This document shows, piece by piece, positions 35,401-45,296 of a stretch of 64,000 nt of DNA (positions are counted from its first letter, which is position 1; every line of letters starts with the position of its first letter). Location: the NCBI GenBank assembly GCA_029260075.1, contig JAJDDY010000010.1, positions 22,968 through 86,967 on the forward strand. The letters run 5' to 3'. Source of the DNA: Phycisphaerae bacterium. Lineage in GTDB: Bacteria > Planctomycetota > Phycisphaerae > UBA1845. Made by a program: the position numbers and the translations under genes. The notes under the pieces are model-generated. The model worked only from the letters and a program-made list of their open reading frames with translations, was not told where the DNA came from and did no database searches.

Positions 35401-38397
35401 CTACCACGGGGCGGGATGTGACGCCCCGAGACCGGGACCGAGCAAGACTGCGTTCAGAAGCAAACGCCCCGTTCCCTCCAAGTAGCCCCGAAAGAACGGA
35501 TCGGACGCGAACAGGATGATCTGCCCGTTGCCCAAACGCTCCACGGTGGCGTAGGCGCTGTTGGCCATGCGCTGTCGCGCCTCGGGCCAAAGTAGACCGG
35601 CCATTCGCAGTTGCCCGATCGGTGCCAGACGAACGGGTACCTGGACAGGATGCTTAGCCATGAGCACGTTGGCGCCGGTGAACATGACGGGCATTTGATG
35701 TTCCTCGGTCAAGCTGGCGGCCACACCAAAACTCAGCCAATGCTCGGAATTCAAGTCGGCGCGGACCATGACGCCGTTGGGGCTGAACATCCGCCGCCAC
35801 GCGTCTTGGCGGCCAAGTTTGTCGTCGTCGCCCGACGCACCAAAATGTTTGTCATCATTCGATTCGGGCTCACTGTGCTCAATGTCACCCGATCCCCAGA
35901 TGCGTTTGCTGTCCAGTTGTACCGTTCGCGCGTCATGCTCACGTTGCAAGGCCTCGTCGTAGATTTCGAGCTCACCGAGCACGTCGCGCCGGAGTCGTAC
36001 GGACGAAAGTTCACGATTCTCGTTGGCGAAGAAGGCCGCTGACGCGCCGATCGCAACCAGCGTGCCACCACCTTCAACCCACTTTCCCAGTTTCTCAAGC
36101 ACGCCGTCGTTGATGATCGCCGAGAGCGCTCCGCCGCCCCTTGCTTCAGGAATCACAAGCACGTTGTAGCTGCGCAGATCGACGTAGCCGATGCCCTGCA
36201 GATTGATCGGCGATACGCGCAAACCAACCCGCGCGTCCAACAGGTGCCAGATCGCACCGAAGGACGACGTGGACACCGGCCACTGCGTAGCGATGGCGAC
36301 GCGCGGCTGCTGCAACAACGCATACCGCTGACCGCCCAAGTCCGGACCATCTTGACACAGCGCGGTGTCGACTGGACGAATGGCAAGATGCAAGTCGGCG
36401 GACAACTGACGAAGCGTAGAATGAAGGCTCGATGATTGATGGTTCGCAGTCTCGCTAGCCCGCGACCTTCCGCCTTCGGTTCTTGACACTGGTTGGTTTT
36501 CGTTGTTTCGAAGAAGCAAACTGCCCGCGTCGTAGTCAATCCCACCAACCGTGAACGGTTCTCGCGCCACGCGAACTTTGATGTTCGCGTCGAGCAGGCG
36601 CGCGATAAGACGATAGATGTCGCCACTCGCGCCATCGACGACATAACCATATCGCTTCCGCGCCGTGACGTTTTTCTCGTCACGCCCAAGTTCCGGTCGG
36701 GGTTCCCTGTCGCGGTCGCCGACTACTGGCGCCCGGTACGGCACGTCATCAGGGAGGTCACGTGCCCAATACGCGTCGACGCCATAGGCCATGCACAGGT
36801 TCCACGCCGACGTGTCGTACATGCGCGTACCGCGGTGGTTTTCGAGGTCTTTTCGCTCATCCTGAAGGAACTCGTCGGACATGTGGGGATCGAATTCCAA
36901 CAGGGCCTCGAGCAGCCGTCGACGCGGCTGAGCGGCACGAAGAATCAACGTGCCTTCCGGCATCGATCGGCTCCCTTCTCGCGTGCCATATTGCGACGAG
37001 ACGTTGCTCGCCAGGAACGGCGCCTTCGCATATCCGAATTCCAAGCCGTGGCGCAGCAGCACATCGGCGAAACGATGCAGGAGGGCGTCGTCTTTCGGCG
37101 GGATCACGAGCAACGCTTCCGATCCCGAACGATCGGCCGACACGGCCCAACGCCGATCTTTTAGGTAGTCGGCCTGGATCGCTCGCCGGTTGGCGCGGAG
37201 CGACTCCAAGTTCGCAAGACTGCTCGTAAGATGATGAAAGACGGAGTCGTGATACGTCAACATGTTGCCGGCCCGTTGCTTGACGGCTGCACCGTCGACG
37301 CCGGCCTGTTCGTAGAGCAAACCGACGGCCCCCTGTAGTGCGGTCCACGAATTGGTGTAGCCGGGGTACCACTCTTCGTACCACTCCTGCGTGTAGTAAC
37401 TCCAACCGTGTGTATCGAACGCCTTGGCTTGGTCTGCGGAAAAGCGGTGGCGCCACGACATCGTCGTCGGAGATTCATGGTTGTTGATCGGTTCGCGCGG
37501 CGGGTCGAACAGGTAGGTTTCGAGCGGCCCCATTTCGTGCGCATCGACAACGAGTTGAGGGTTCCACTCGATGATCCTGGCCGCACGGCCCCGAGTCTCC
37601 GGGTGAACTTGCATCAGCCAATCACGGTTCAAGTCAAACAGGTAGTGATTGCCCCGCCCGGCTGACCAGAGTCCCGAATGTTGCATGGACTGATGGTCGG
37701 TATTGGGAATCTTGCCCACGAGCGTCTGAAGCTGCGCGAGGTAGCGCTCGCGTCCGTCCGGGTTCATAAGCGGATCGATGTGGATGACGAGTTCGTCACG
37801 CAGGCTACGGGTCTGCTCGTCGACTCCGGCTACAAGTTGGAATGCGAGTTGTATTGCTGCATCGGTACTGGACAGTTCGTCACCGTGTATCGAATACGCC
37901 AACCAGGCGATGCCCGGTTGCGTGTCGAGGATGCGCTGCGCTTCTGCATCGTCGGCGAGCGTTCGCGGGTCGGCCAGCTTGGCGTTGTTGGCCTTGATTT
38001 CGTCCAAGCGATTATGGTTGGCCTTGCTCGTGATCGTCAGGAAATATAGCGGGCGTCCCTCGTGCGACGTGGCGTAGGGTGTCATGGTGATTAGCGGAGA
38101 GGACTCGGCGAGCGCACGCAGGTATCGCATAGCGGGTTCATATCGAACCGCCCCGTCGCCCATCGCATGCCCGACGACGGAGATCGGCGTCGGAATGTTC
38201 GGGTCGAGGTTCGCAGGATCAACGAAGCGTGTCGAACCGTTCTGAGCGGTCAATCCATTCTCAGCCCCCGCGGCATGGGCCACTCGTCCGGCCAGCGGCG
38301 CGCTTACGCATCCGGCAAGAAAGACGACGGCGATGACGGTTGCACGGGACAGCATCGTGAGTGGTTTTTGAAATGACGAATATCGAATAAAGGCCAA
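35401..38397 (-). CDS. Secreted M14-family zinc carboxypeptidase-like protein (998 aa) with a C-terminal GATase1/DJ-1-like region
   Basis: Signal/TM segment VIAVVFLAGCVSAPLAG. Zn-binding motif AYSIHGDELSSTDAA (HxxE), plus NPDGRERY. C-terminal YNVLVIPEARGGG...GGTLVAIGASAAFFA. Confidence 0.85.
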   Translation of the reverse strand: MAFIRYSSFQKPLTMLSRATVIAVVFLAGCVSAPLAGRVAHAAGAENGLTAQNGSTRFVDPANLDPNIPTPISVVGHAMGDGAVRYEPAMRYLRALAESSPLITMTPYATSHEGRPLYFLTITSKANHNRLDEIKANNAKLADPRTLADDAEAQRILDTQPGIAWLAYSIHGDELSSTDAAIQLAFQLVAGVDEQTRSLRDELVIHIDPLMNPDGRERYLAQLQTLVGKIPNTDHQSMQHSGLWSAGRGNHYLFDLNRDWLMQVHPETRGRAARIIEWNPQLVVDAHEMGPLETYLFDPPREPINNHESPTTMSWRHRFSADQAKAFDTHGWSYYTQEWYEEWYPGYTNSWTALQGAVGLLYEQAGVDGAAVKQRAGNMLTYHDSVFHHLTSSLANLESLRANRRAIQADYLKDRRWAVSADRSGSEALLVIPPKDDALLHRFADVLLRHGLEFGYAKAPFLASNVSSQYGTREGSRSMPEGTLILRAAQPRRRLLEALLEFDPHMSDEFLQDERKDLENHRGTRMYDTSAWNLCMAYGVDAYWARDLPDDVPYRAPVVGDRDREPRPELGRDEKNVTARKRYGYVVDGASGDIYRLIARLLDANIKVRVAREPFTVGGIDYDAGSLLLRNNENQPVSRTEGGRSRASETANHQSSSLHSTLRQLSADLHLAIRPVDTALCQDGPDLGGQRYALLQQPRVAIATQWPVSTSSFGAIWHLLDARVGLRVSPINLQGIGYVDLRSYNVLVIPEARGGGALSAIINDGVLEKLGKWVEGGGTLVAIGASAAFFANENRELSSVRLRRDVLGELEIYDEALQREHDARTVQLDSKRIWGSGDIEHSEPESNDDKHFGASGDDDKLGRQDAWRRMFSPNGVMVRADLNSEHWLSFGVAASLTEEHQMPVMFTGANVLMAKHPVQVPVRLAPIGQLRMAGLLWPEARQRMANSAYATVERLGNGQIILFASDPFFRGYLEGTGRLLLNAVLLGPGLGASHPAPW

Positions 38398-38500
38398 AGC
38401 AGCCCTCCTTCCAAAGTCAATCTATTCATGCGTCGACAGAGCACACGCGCGACCGGGCGTGCGCATCCGAAAATTCATAGAACGTTGCGAGACGCATCTT

Positions 38501-38594
38501 GCCGAGCCGCGCCCGTCAGGAAGCGGACGTTTGGAGCCTATCGCGACAGCTTGAAAGCGATCCCTCACGGTCGCGGCTCGGTTCATCGCAAACC
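38501..38594. repeat. Family B, copy 4
   Basis: Left arm gccgagccgcgcccgtcaggaagcgg, right arm gcgatccctcacggtcgcggctcggttcatcgcaaacc. Confidence 0.85.
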
Positions 38595-38690
38595 GCCTAA
38601 TACGTCTTCCCACACACGTTCTTAGAAGCTCATGACTCCGCCGACCCTATCAAGCCATTGAACAAGTGCTGTCCCTGCGCCCAAGTTTCG

Positions 38691-38719
38691 CCTACACCGG
38701 CTGGAAACCAGTGCTACAC
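38691..38719 (+). repeat. Hairpin repeat family A, copy 5 (degenerate)
   Basis: Sequence cctacaccggctggaaaccagtgctacac. Confidence 0.55.
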
Positions 38720-38906
38720 CAGAGGGTCAGCCATGGCCGACACGTTGCAGCAGATGGTCAGCATTGCTCAAGGGGCTGATACGGCGTTAGTACAGCAGTT
38801 CGATACGGCTTCGTCAAGTTCATGCGCAGACGAACCTACGCGGGAGGTGTGCTTTTCAAGGTGCGATCGAAACGCTAGGGTTGATCCTCCAAGTACGTGC
38901 CGAGAA

Positions 38907-38991
38907 GGGATTCACGGCACAGCGGGATTCACGGCACAGCGAGATTCACGGCACAGCGGGATTCACGGCACAGCGAGATTCACGGCACAGC
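38907..38991 (+). repeat. Family C tandem array: 5 contiguous 17-bp units alternating GGG/GAG prefixes (34-bp higher-order period)
   Basis: (ggg|gag)attcacggcacagc repeated five times, preceded by gtgccgagaa. Confidence 0.9.
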
Positions 38992-39001
38992 ATCTACGAA
39001 C

Positions 39002-39076
39002 GCTGGAGCGTGAATCCTTTCTCGCTCCCCGGTTGGTGCCGAGAAGGGATTCACGGCACAGCGTTCGTACGAACGC
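39002..39076. repeat. Family C inverted unit, forward unit and a 16-nt perfect palindrome
   Basis: gctggagcgtgaatcctttctcgctcc (inverted, 39002-39028). gtgccgagaagggattcacggcacagcg (39037-39063). GCGTTCGTACGAACGC (39061-39076). Confidence 0.85.
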
Positions 39077-39091
39077 TAAAGAGTAACCGAA

Positions 39092-40168
39092 TTGGAACAT
39101 GGCAGCCCGGAAAGCCTGGAATCGAAAGTTGTAGAGACTCTTGACGACAATCCTTTGACATCCGCCGCCCTCGAAGATGCGGCCGAGGCACGACGCCGCT
39201 ACGTGGTCGGCGTCGGACTGCTGCTTGCATCGGGCGCACTTTGGAGCCTCAGCGGCGCCCTGATCAAGCTCACGCATCAAGACGGTGCCGGACCGCATGG
39301 CGTCACGATCGCGTTCTATCGCTCACTCCTTGCGGGACTATTTGTTCTGCCCATGGCGTGGGGAAAGTTTCAGACACTGCTGCGTAACCGCCATCACCGA
39401 AACTCATCAAGCGCGCGAGAAGATATTCACGGAGGAGCGACGCCAGCGACTGCCGGCGTCTTGAGCCGTCGCGCGGTGCGGCCTGAAGCTATCGCCTGCG
39501 TCATTTTCTTCACGATAATGACGGCCTGCTTCGTCGTGGCCAACACCATGACGCGGTCGTCGAACGTGATCATATTGCAATATACGTCCACGTCTTGGAT
39601 CTTCCTGCTGTCGCCATTGCTGTTGCGCGAATCACCGAGACGCGGAGACGTGTGGATCCTGGTGATCGCGATGACCGGCGTCGCGGTGATCTTCGGGGGC
39701 AACATGTCCACCGACCTTGCCGGATTGACCGTCGCGCTGAGCTCCGGGTTGTTCTTCGGTCTACTGACGCTGATGATCCGGCTGATGCGTGACGCCGACC
39801 CGGCAGCCGTCACCGTGGCCTGCATGCTCGGCTCGGCCGTTCTTCTGCTGCCCTTCGTGCTCTTCGTCGATGGGTTCACGATTTCCTTTCGGTCGTTGGT
39901 TTATCTCGCCATCTTGGGCGTGGTTCAATTCGGATTGCCTTATTACCTCTACACGTTGGGGCTTGCTCGCGTGCCGGCTCATCAAGCCGCCCTGCTCACC
40001 ATGACCGAGCCGGTGCTGAATCCGATTTGGTCCTTTGTCGCGGTCGGCGAAACGGTACCATTGACGACGGTGGCTGGCGGCGTCATTATCCTTGCGGCGC
40101 TGGTCGTCTTCGTGCTCGGAGCCCGACGACGTAACAAGCGAATGTATGGCGCAACCGGCGGCAATTGA
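39092..40168 (+). CDS. EamA/DMT-family transporter
   Basis: Ten hydrophobic segments in two halves, e.g. LLLASGALWSLSGALIKL and ILGVVQFGLPYYLYTLGLARVPAHQAALLTMTEPVLNPIW. The start is uncertain (TTG at 39092). Confidence 0.8.
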   Translation: MEHGSPESLESKVVETLDDNPLTSAALEDAAEARRRYVVGVGLLLASGALWSLSGALIKLTHQDGAGPHGVTIAFYRSLLAGLFVLPMAWGKFQTLLRNRHHRNSSSAREDIHGGATPATAGVLSRRAVRPEAIACVIFFTIMTACFVVANTMTRSSNVIILQYTSTSWIFLLSPLLLRESPRRGDVWILVIAMTGVAVIFGGNMSTDLAGLTVALSSGLFFGLLTLMIRLMRDADPAAVTVACMLGSAVLLLPFVLFVDGFTISFRSLVYLAILGVVQFGLPYYLYTLGLARVPAHQAALLTMTEPVLNPIWSFVAVGETVPLTTVAGGVIILAALVVFVLGARRRNKRMYGATGGN

Positions 40169-40245
40169 ATTGACATGATGGGCATGACCTGGCGCTGGCG
40201 CCGACCGGGTCGTGCTTACAGACAACAAACTCGGATCAAAGCGCT

Positions 40246-41472
40246 ATGGCGATACCCTCCCCGTTTCATCCAAGAACATCCGAGGCTTGCGCGAGCATGC
40301 GGTGGAAGGATTGGGCAGGCTACTATGCGGTGGCCTCGTACAACCCGTATCACGAACGAGAATATTTCGCGTTTCGCCACGCCGCCGGGCTGATCGATGT
40401 GACGCCGTTGTTCAAGTATGAAGTGCATGGCAAGGACGCGGCGGCGTTTCTCGCGTTTGTCATGGCCCGCGATGCTCAAAAACTCAAAATCGGACAGGTC
40501 TGCTATGGTTGCTGGTGCGACGAGTCCGGCAAGCTTATTGACGACGGTACGGTTTGGCGCCTTGGCGAATCGAGCTTCCGACTGACCGCCGCCGAGCCAA
40601 GCCTGGCGTGGCTGAGCACGTACGCCCCCGGGTACGATGTGCAGATCGAGGACAGCACCGACCGTATCGCCGTGGTCTCACTGCAAGGCCCCACGTCACT
40701 TGGTATTCTTCAGAAGACCTGCGACGCCGACTTGTGCGACCTCAAGTTTTTTCGACTGAGGGAAACCGCCATCGACGGGTTCAACGCCGTGGTTACACGA
40801 ACCGGATATACCGGCGACCTCGGTTATGAAATCTGGGTCGACAACGAACACGCCGTACCGCTGTGGGATGCGCTCATCGCCAACGGGCGCGAATTCGGAA
40901 TCCAACCGGCCGGGCTGGACGCGCTGGACATGTGCAGGGTCGAAGCTGGATTCATTATGAACGGCGTGGACTATTTCAGCGCCAATCATTGCCTGATCGA
41001 TTCGAGAAAATCCACGCCGTTTGAGACGGGGCTAGGGTGGACCGTTCACGTCGACCGAGCGCCCTTCGTCGGTCGCGATGCACTGCAGGTCGAGAAACGG
41101 TCCGGTCCGAAGCGCGCGTTCGTTGGATTACAAATCGAGTGGGATTCGTTTGAAGCGCTTTATGCGAAGCACGGTCTTCCGCCGGAAGTATGCACGAGCG
41201 CGTGGCGCGACGCGGTGCCGATCTACACCCGCAACGGCACTCAAGTTGGCCAAGCGACAAGCGGTTCGTGGTCGCCGACGCTCAAGAAGAACCTAGCACT
41301 CGCCACAGTCGACGCCGCCCACGGACGTATCGGCGAAGAGCTGCTCATCGAAGTCACTGTTGAGTATGTACGTCACACCGTCCCGGCAACCATAGTCAAG
41401 AAGCCATTCTTCGACCCGCCAAGGAAGAAGAAGGTCGAAGTGCTACAGTCAACACCCCAGCAGTCTGTTTAG
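40246..41472 (+). CDS. Aminomethyltransferase-family (GcvT-like) folate-dependent protein
   Basis: Motifs SPFHPRT, EYFAFRHAAGLIDVTPLFKYEVHGKDAAAFL, TRTGYTGDLGYEIW and GLDALDMCRVEAG. Confidence 0.85.
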   Translation: MAIPSPFHPRTSEACASMRWKDWAGYYAVASYNPYHEREYFAFRHAAGLIDVTPLFKYEVHGKDAAAFLAFVMARDAQKLKIGQVCYGCWCDESGKLIDDGTVWRLGESSFRLTAAEPSLAWLSTYAPGYDVQIEDSTDRIAVVSLQGPTSLGILQKTCDADLCDLKFFRLRETAIDGFNAVVTRTGYTGDLGYEIWVDNEHAVPLWDALIANGREFGIQPAGLDALDMCRVEAGFIMNGVDYFSANHCLIDSRKSTPFETGLGWTVHVDRAPFVGRDALQVEKRSGPKRAFVGLQIEWDSFEALYAKHGLPPEVCTSAWRDAVPIYTRNGTQVGQATSGSWSPTLKKNLALATVDAAHGRIGEELLIEVTVEYVRHTVPATIVKKPFFDPPRKKKVEVLQSTPQQSV

Positions 41473-41545
41473 CGAATCTGATATCATGGCGTGTCGCAGC
41501 CCGTCCGTCCGTGTCTACGGGCTGCACCCGGTCAAACGCGGAAGA

Positions 41546-41582
41546 GCGCTAATGGATCACCGGCTGGAAGCCGGTGCCACAC
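41546..41582 (+). repeat. Hairpin repeat family A, copy 6
   Basis: gcgctaatggatcaccggctggaagccggtgccacac, followed by ttttt. Confidence 0.85.
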
Positions 41583-42056
41583 TTTTTCGAACCGGCTGCT
41601 AAGTTCGAAGGGCGTTCGATCGTCGGATTCTCGACTTCTCGACTTCTCAGCTTCGGTGCATTCCTCAATCCGTGTACCCATCCGTGTACCCATAAAACTC
41701 CGCCGCCGATCGAAGACAGACGGCAAATGGAATTAGCCAACCACACCGGTCTCGGCGACCGATATCCAGCACGTCTAGCGTAGAGAATCGTCACGCGACC
41801 GAAGCGTGACGGCTTGTAACCAATTGCACGACAGACACTTAGGTATGCCGCCTGTTGATTCGAATGGACGGCCGTCCTATAATCGCCAGGGTTTCCGGTG
41901 CGTACTCCGTGCGACCGGAGTTGGTGGGTGCGTGACTGAACAAGCGACGGTGTGTGGCCGTCGCGCGTGGGAATAGCGGCTGGCTGACGGTTGGAATCAG
42001 CGGGCACGATGCGGGCACAATTTGATGCCAGCCTCTTCATTTGGAGGAAAGGTACG

Positions 42057-44117
42057 ATGACGCGACCGGAAGATCTTTTCTCTGTTGTCGACGGGCACAT
42101 GAACCCTGACCGTTTTCGAGAGCAGCATTGGACGGGTTCGTTCTCTGAGTATCTCGAACTCGTGATCAAGAAGCCGCAGGTGGCGCGGGATGCGTTTCAG
42201 CGCATTTACGACATGATCCTGCACTTCGGTTGCGAGCGCTACACGTGGATGCGACAGGACTTGATGCGCTACCCCTTCTTCGCTGATCCGTTCGACGACG
42301 GCGCCGACGCCATCTTCGGTTTAGATAGCGCCTTGATGAACCTCGTGGACTTTTTTAAGTCAGCCGCGCACCACTACGGTACCGAGCGGCGAATCCTTCT
42401 TCTGCACGGGCCGGTCGGATCGTCCAAGAGCACGATCGCCCGCTTGTTGAAGAAGGGTATGGAATACTATTCCCGCCTCGATGAAGGGGCCTTGTACACG
42501 TTCACGTGGAATGTCCCGGACGAAGACGGCAACATGATCTCGCATCCGTGCCCGATGCACGAGGAACCGCTCAAGTTGATCCCCCCTGCAGCACGCGCCG
42601 AAGTTCTCGCTCAGATCAACGAAGGGTCGGACGCCTCCATGCACGTCCACGTCGACGGGGCGCTCGATCCATTCTGCCGAAAGATGTTCGAAGACATGCT
42701 GATCAGGTATGACGGCGACTGGCGAAAAGTCCTTGATCACATCACCGTGCGCCGATTGGTCCTAAGCGAAAAGGACCGCATCGGTATCGGCACGTTCCAG
42801 CCGAAGGACGAAAAGAACCAGGATTCAACCGAGCTGACCGGTGACATCAACTATCGAAAGATTGCGGAGTTCGGCAGCGACAGCGATCCGCGAGCGTTCA
42901 ACTTCGACGGGGAACTCAACGTGGCCAACCGCGGCATTGTGGAGTTTATCGAAGTCCTCAAACTCGATGTCGCCTTCCTTTACGATCTTCTGGGCGCGTC
43001 ACAGGAACATGTGATCAAGCCGAAGAAGTTCGCACAAACGCATATCGACGAAGTCATCATCGGGCACACCAACGAACCGGAGTACCGCAAGCTGCAATCG
43101 AACGACATGATGGAGGCGTTCCGGGATCGCACGATCAAAATCGACGTGCCCTACAACACCAGGCTTGATGACGAAGTTGCGATCTACCAAAAGGACTACA
43201 ACAAAGAACGCATTCGCGGGATTCACATCGCGCCGCACACCATCGAGACGGCGGCCATGTGGGCAGTGCTGTCCCGGCTTGAGGAGCCCAAGAAACCCGG
43301 TTTGACGCTAATGCAGAAACTCAAACTGTACAACGGCAAGGGTATACCAAACTACACGGAAGACTCGGTTCGCGAGCTTCGGGCGGAGACGCCGCGCGAG
43401 GGCCTACAGGGCATCAGCCCACGATATATCCAAGACAAGCTGTCCAACGCCTTGGTATCCGACCAGGCCATCCAGCAGAAATGCATCAACCCGTTCATGG
43501 TGATGAACGAACTCGAAGAGGGCTTGGCGCACCACAGCCTGATTACCGACGAGGAACTCAAGACACGATATCGCGAGCTGCTCGGCGTGGTGCGTGAGGA
43601 GTATGAGGACATATTGAAGTCCGAGGTCCAGCGGGCCATCAGCGCCGACGAGGACGCCATCGCCCGACTCTGCTCGAACTACATCGAAAGTGTTCGTGCC
43701 TATACTCAGCATGAACGTGTGCGTAACCGCTACACCGGCAAGGACGAAGAGCCGGATGAGCGACTCATGCGTTCGATCGAAGAAAAGATCGACATTCCCG
43801 AAAGCCGAAAGGACGACTTCCGCCAGGAGATTATGAACTATATCGGGGCTCTGTCTCTGGACGGCAAGAAGTTTGAGTTCGCGACCAACGCCCGATTGCA
43901 CAAGGCGCTCGAACTCAAGCTGTTCGAAGATCAGCGCGACACCATCAAGCTCAAGAACGTCGTATCCGGTGTGGTGGACGATGAGACGCAGGCGAAGATC
44001 GACGTCGTGAAACAGCGTCTGATCAAGTACTTCGGCTACAACGAAACCAGCGCCACGGACGTCCTGAACTACGTGGCCAGCATCTTCGCACGCGGTGACA
44101 CGAAGCAAGACGAATAA
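42057..44117 (+). CDS. prkA: PrkA-family serine protein kinase (YeaG-like AAA+ protein)
   Basis: ATG at 42057 after GGAGGAAAGG. Walker [14 protein letters not shown], plus [26 protein letters not shown] and [10 protein letters not shown]. Confidence 0.92.
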   Translation: MTRPEDLFSVVDGHMNPDRFREQHWTGSFSEYLELVIKKPQVARDAFQRIYDMILHFGCERYTWMRQDLMRYPFFADPFDDGADAIFGLDSALMNLVDFFKSAAHHYGTERRILLLHGPVGSSKSTIARLLKKGMEYYSRLDEGALYTFTWNVPDEDGNMISHPCPMHEEPLKLIPPAARAEVLAQINEGSDASMHVHVDGALDPFCRKMFEDMLIRYDGDWRKVLDHITVRRLVLSEKDRIGIGTFQPKDEKNQDSTELTGDINYRKIAEFGSDSDPRAFNFDGELNVANRGIVEFIEVLKLDVAFLYDLLGASQEHVIKPKKFAQTHIDEVIIGHTNEPEYRKLQSNDMMEAFRDRTIKIDVPYNTRLDDEVAIYQKDYNKERIRGIHIAPHTIETAAMWAVLSRLEEPKKPGLTLMQKLKLYNGKGIPNYTEDSVRELRAETPREGLQGISPRYIQDKLSNALVSDQAIQQKCINPFMVMNELEEGLAHHSLITDEELKTRYRELLGVVREEYEDILKSEVQRAISADEDAIARLCSNYIESVRAYTQHERVRNRYTGKDEEPDERLMRSIEEKIDIPESRKDDFRQEIMNYIGALSLDGKKFEFATNARLHKALELKLFEDQRDTIKLKNVVSGVVDDETQAKIDVVKQRLIKYFGYNETSATDVLNYVASIFARGDTKQDE

Positions 44118-44193
44118 GAGGAAGTCCGAGGTTCAACAGACCGTCGTACCAGAGCCCTCGATCATCGACCTTCGATCTTGAGTTAGGTTTTTC

Positions 44194-45288
44194 ATGATCC
44201 TGCAAATCAATAACGACCATCAGCGGTTCCGCAAGATCGTCAAGGGACGGATCCGCAAGGATCTGCGTAAGTTCCTGACGCGGAGCGAACTGATCGGGCG
44301 AGAAGGCAAGAAGTACATCAGCATCCCCGTTCGCGGGATCGACATGCCGCATTTTCGGTATGGCGACAACAACGACGCCGGCGTCGGGACGGGGGACGGC
44401 AAACCCGGAGACGCGGTGCAGGGAAGCGGAGCCGGTGCGGGCGGCACGGAAGAGGGTAAGCACATACTTGAGGTTGACATCAGCCTCGAAGAGTTGGCGG
44501 AAATCCTTGGCGAAGAACTCCAGTTACCCCGGATCAAGCCAAGGGGTAAGCACCGAATTTCCGCCGAGCGCGATCGGTATAGCGGTATCCGACAAGCCGG
44601 TCCGGAGTCACTCCGCCACTTCAAGCGCACATTCAAACGGGCCCTACGCCGGCAGATCATGTCGGGGTTCTACAACCCGGACAGGCCGACAATCATCTTC
44701 GAACGCCGCGACAAGGTGTACCGAAGTTGGAAGACGATCCTCAAACCACAATCCAACGCCGTCCTGATCTACATGATGGACATATCCGGATCGATGGGTG
44801 ACGAGCAGAAGGAACTCGTACGCCTCGAAGCGTTTTGGATTGACGCGTGGTTGCGCAGGAATTATCAAGGCATCGAGAGTCGGTACATCGTTCACGACGT
44901 GCGCGCCGGCGAGGTCGATCGGGAAACGTTTTTCCGTATTCGCGAGGACGGCGGGACACGTATCAGCAGCGCCTACAAGCTGGCGAGGGCGCTGATTGAG
45001 CACAACTATTCACCGGAAGAATGGAACATCTACCTGTTCCATTTTTCCGACGGCGACAACAGCAGCGAATCGGACAGTCGAGAATGCTGCTCGCTGTTGA
45101 CCGAGAACCTACTGCCCAACCTCAACCTGTTCGGATACTGCCAGGTCGCCAGCGCGTACGGCAGCGGCAACTTCATCAACGTATTGCACGAGCAACTCGG
45201 TGACCAAGAAACGATCATCACCAGCCGCGTGAACACGAAAGACGACATCTACGATAGCATCAAGACGTTCTTTTCGGCGGGGAAGTAG
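44194..45288 (+). CDS. YeaH/YhbH-family protein (DUF444, vWA-like)
   Basis: Motifs LIYMMDISGSMGDEQKELVR, GGTRISSAYKLARALIEHNYSPEEWNIYLFHFSDGDN and DDIYDSIKTFF. Confidence 0.9.
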   Translation: MILQINNDHQRFRKIVKGRIRKDLRKFLTRSELIGREGKKYISIPVRGIDMPHFRYGDNNDAGVGTGDGKPGDAVQGSGAGAGGTEEGKHILEVDISLEELAEILGEELQLPRIKPRGKHRISAERDRYSGIRQAGPESLRHFKRTFKRALRRQIMSGFYNPDRPTIIFERRDKVYRSWKTILKPQSNAVLIYMMDISGSMGDEQKELVRLEAFWIDAWLRRNYQGIESRYIVHDVRAGEVDRETFFRIREDGGTRISSAYKLARALIEHNYSPEEWNIYLFHFSDGDNSSESDSRECCSLLTENLLPNLNLFGYCQVASAYGSGNFINVLHEQLGDQETIITSRVNTKDDIYDSIKTFFSAGK

Positions 45289-45296
45289 AGGCCGTT

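Noticed and set aside
38907-38991. Possible CRISPR array, given the regular short repeats.
   Set aside because: The units are contiguous with no spacers, the period is only 17 bp, and no cas genes are nearby. It is a tandem repeat.
41631-41693. Micro-duplications (ctcgacttctcgacttctc and atccgtgtacccatccgtgtaccc) upstream of prkA.
   Set aside because: There are only two copies of each, 9-12 bp long. This is consistent with slippage noise and they do not recur elsewhere in the window.
41991-42056. The upstream extension of prkA in the ORF track.
   Set aside because: The ATG at 42057 is preceded by GGAGGAAAGG at ideal spacing and gives an N-terminus of normal PrkA length.
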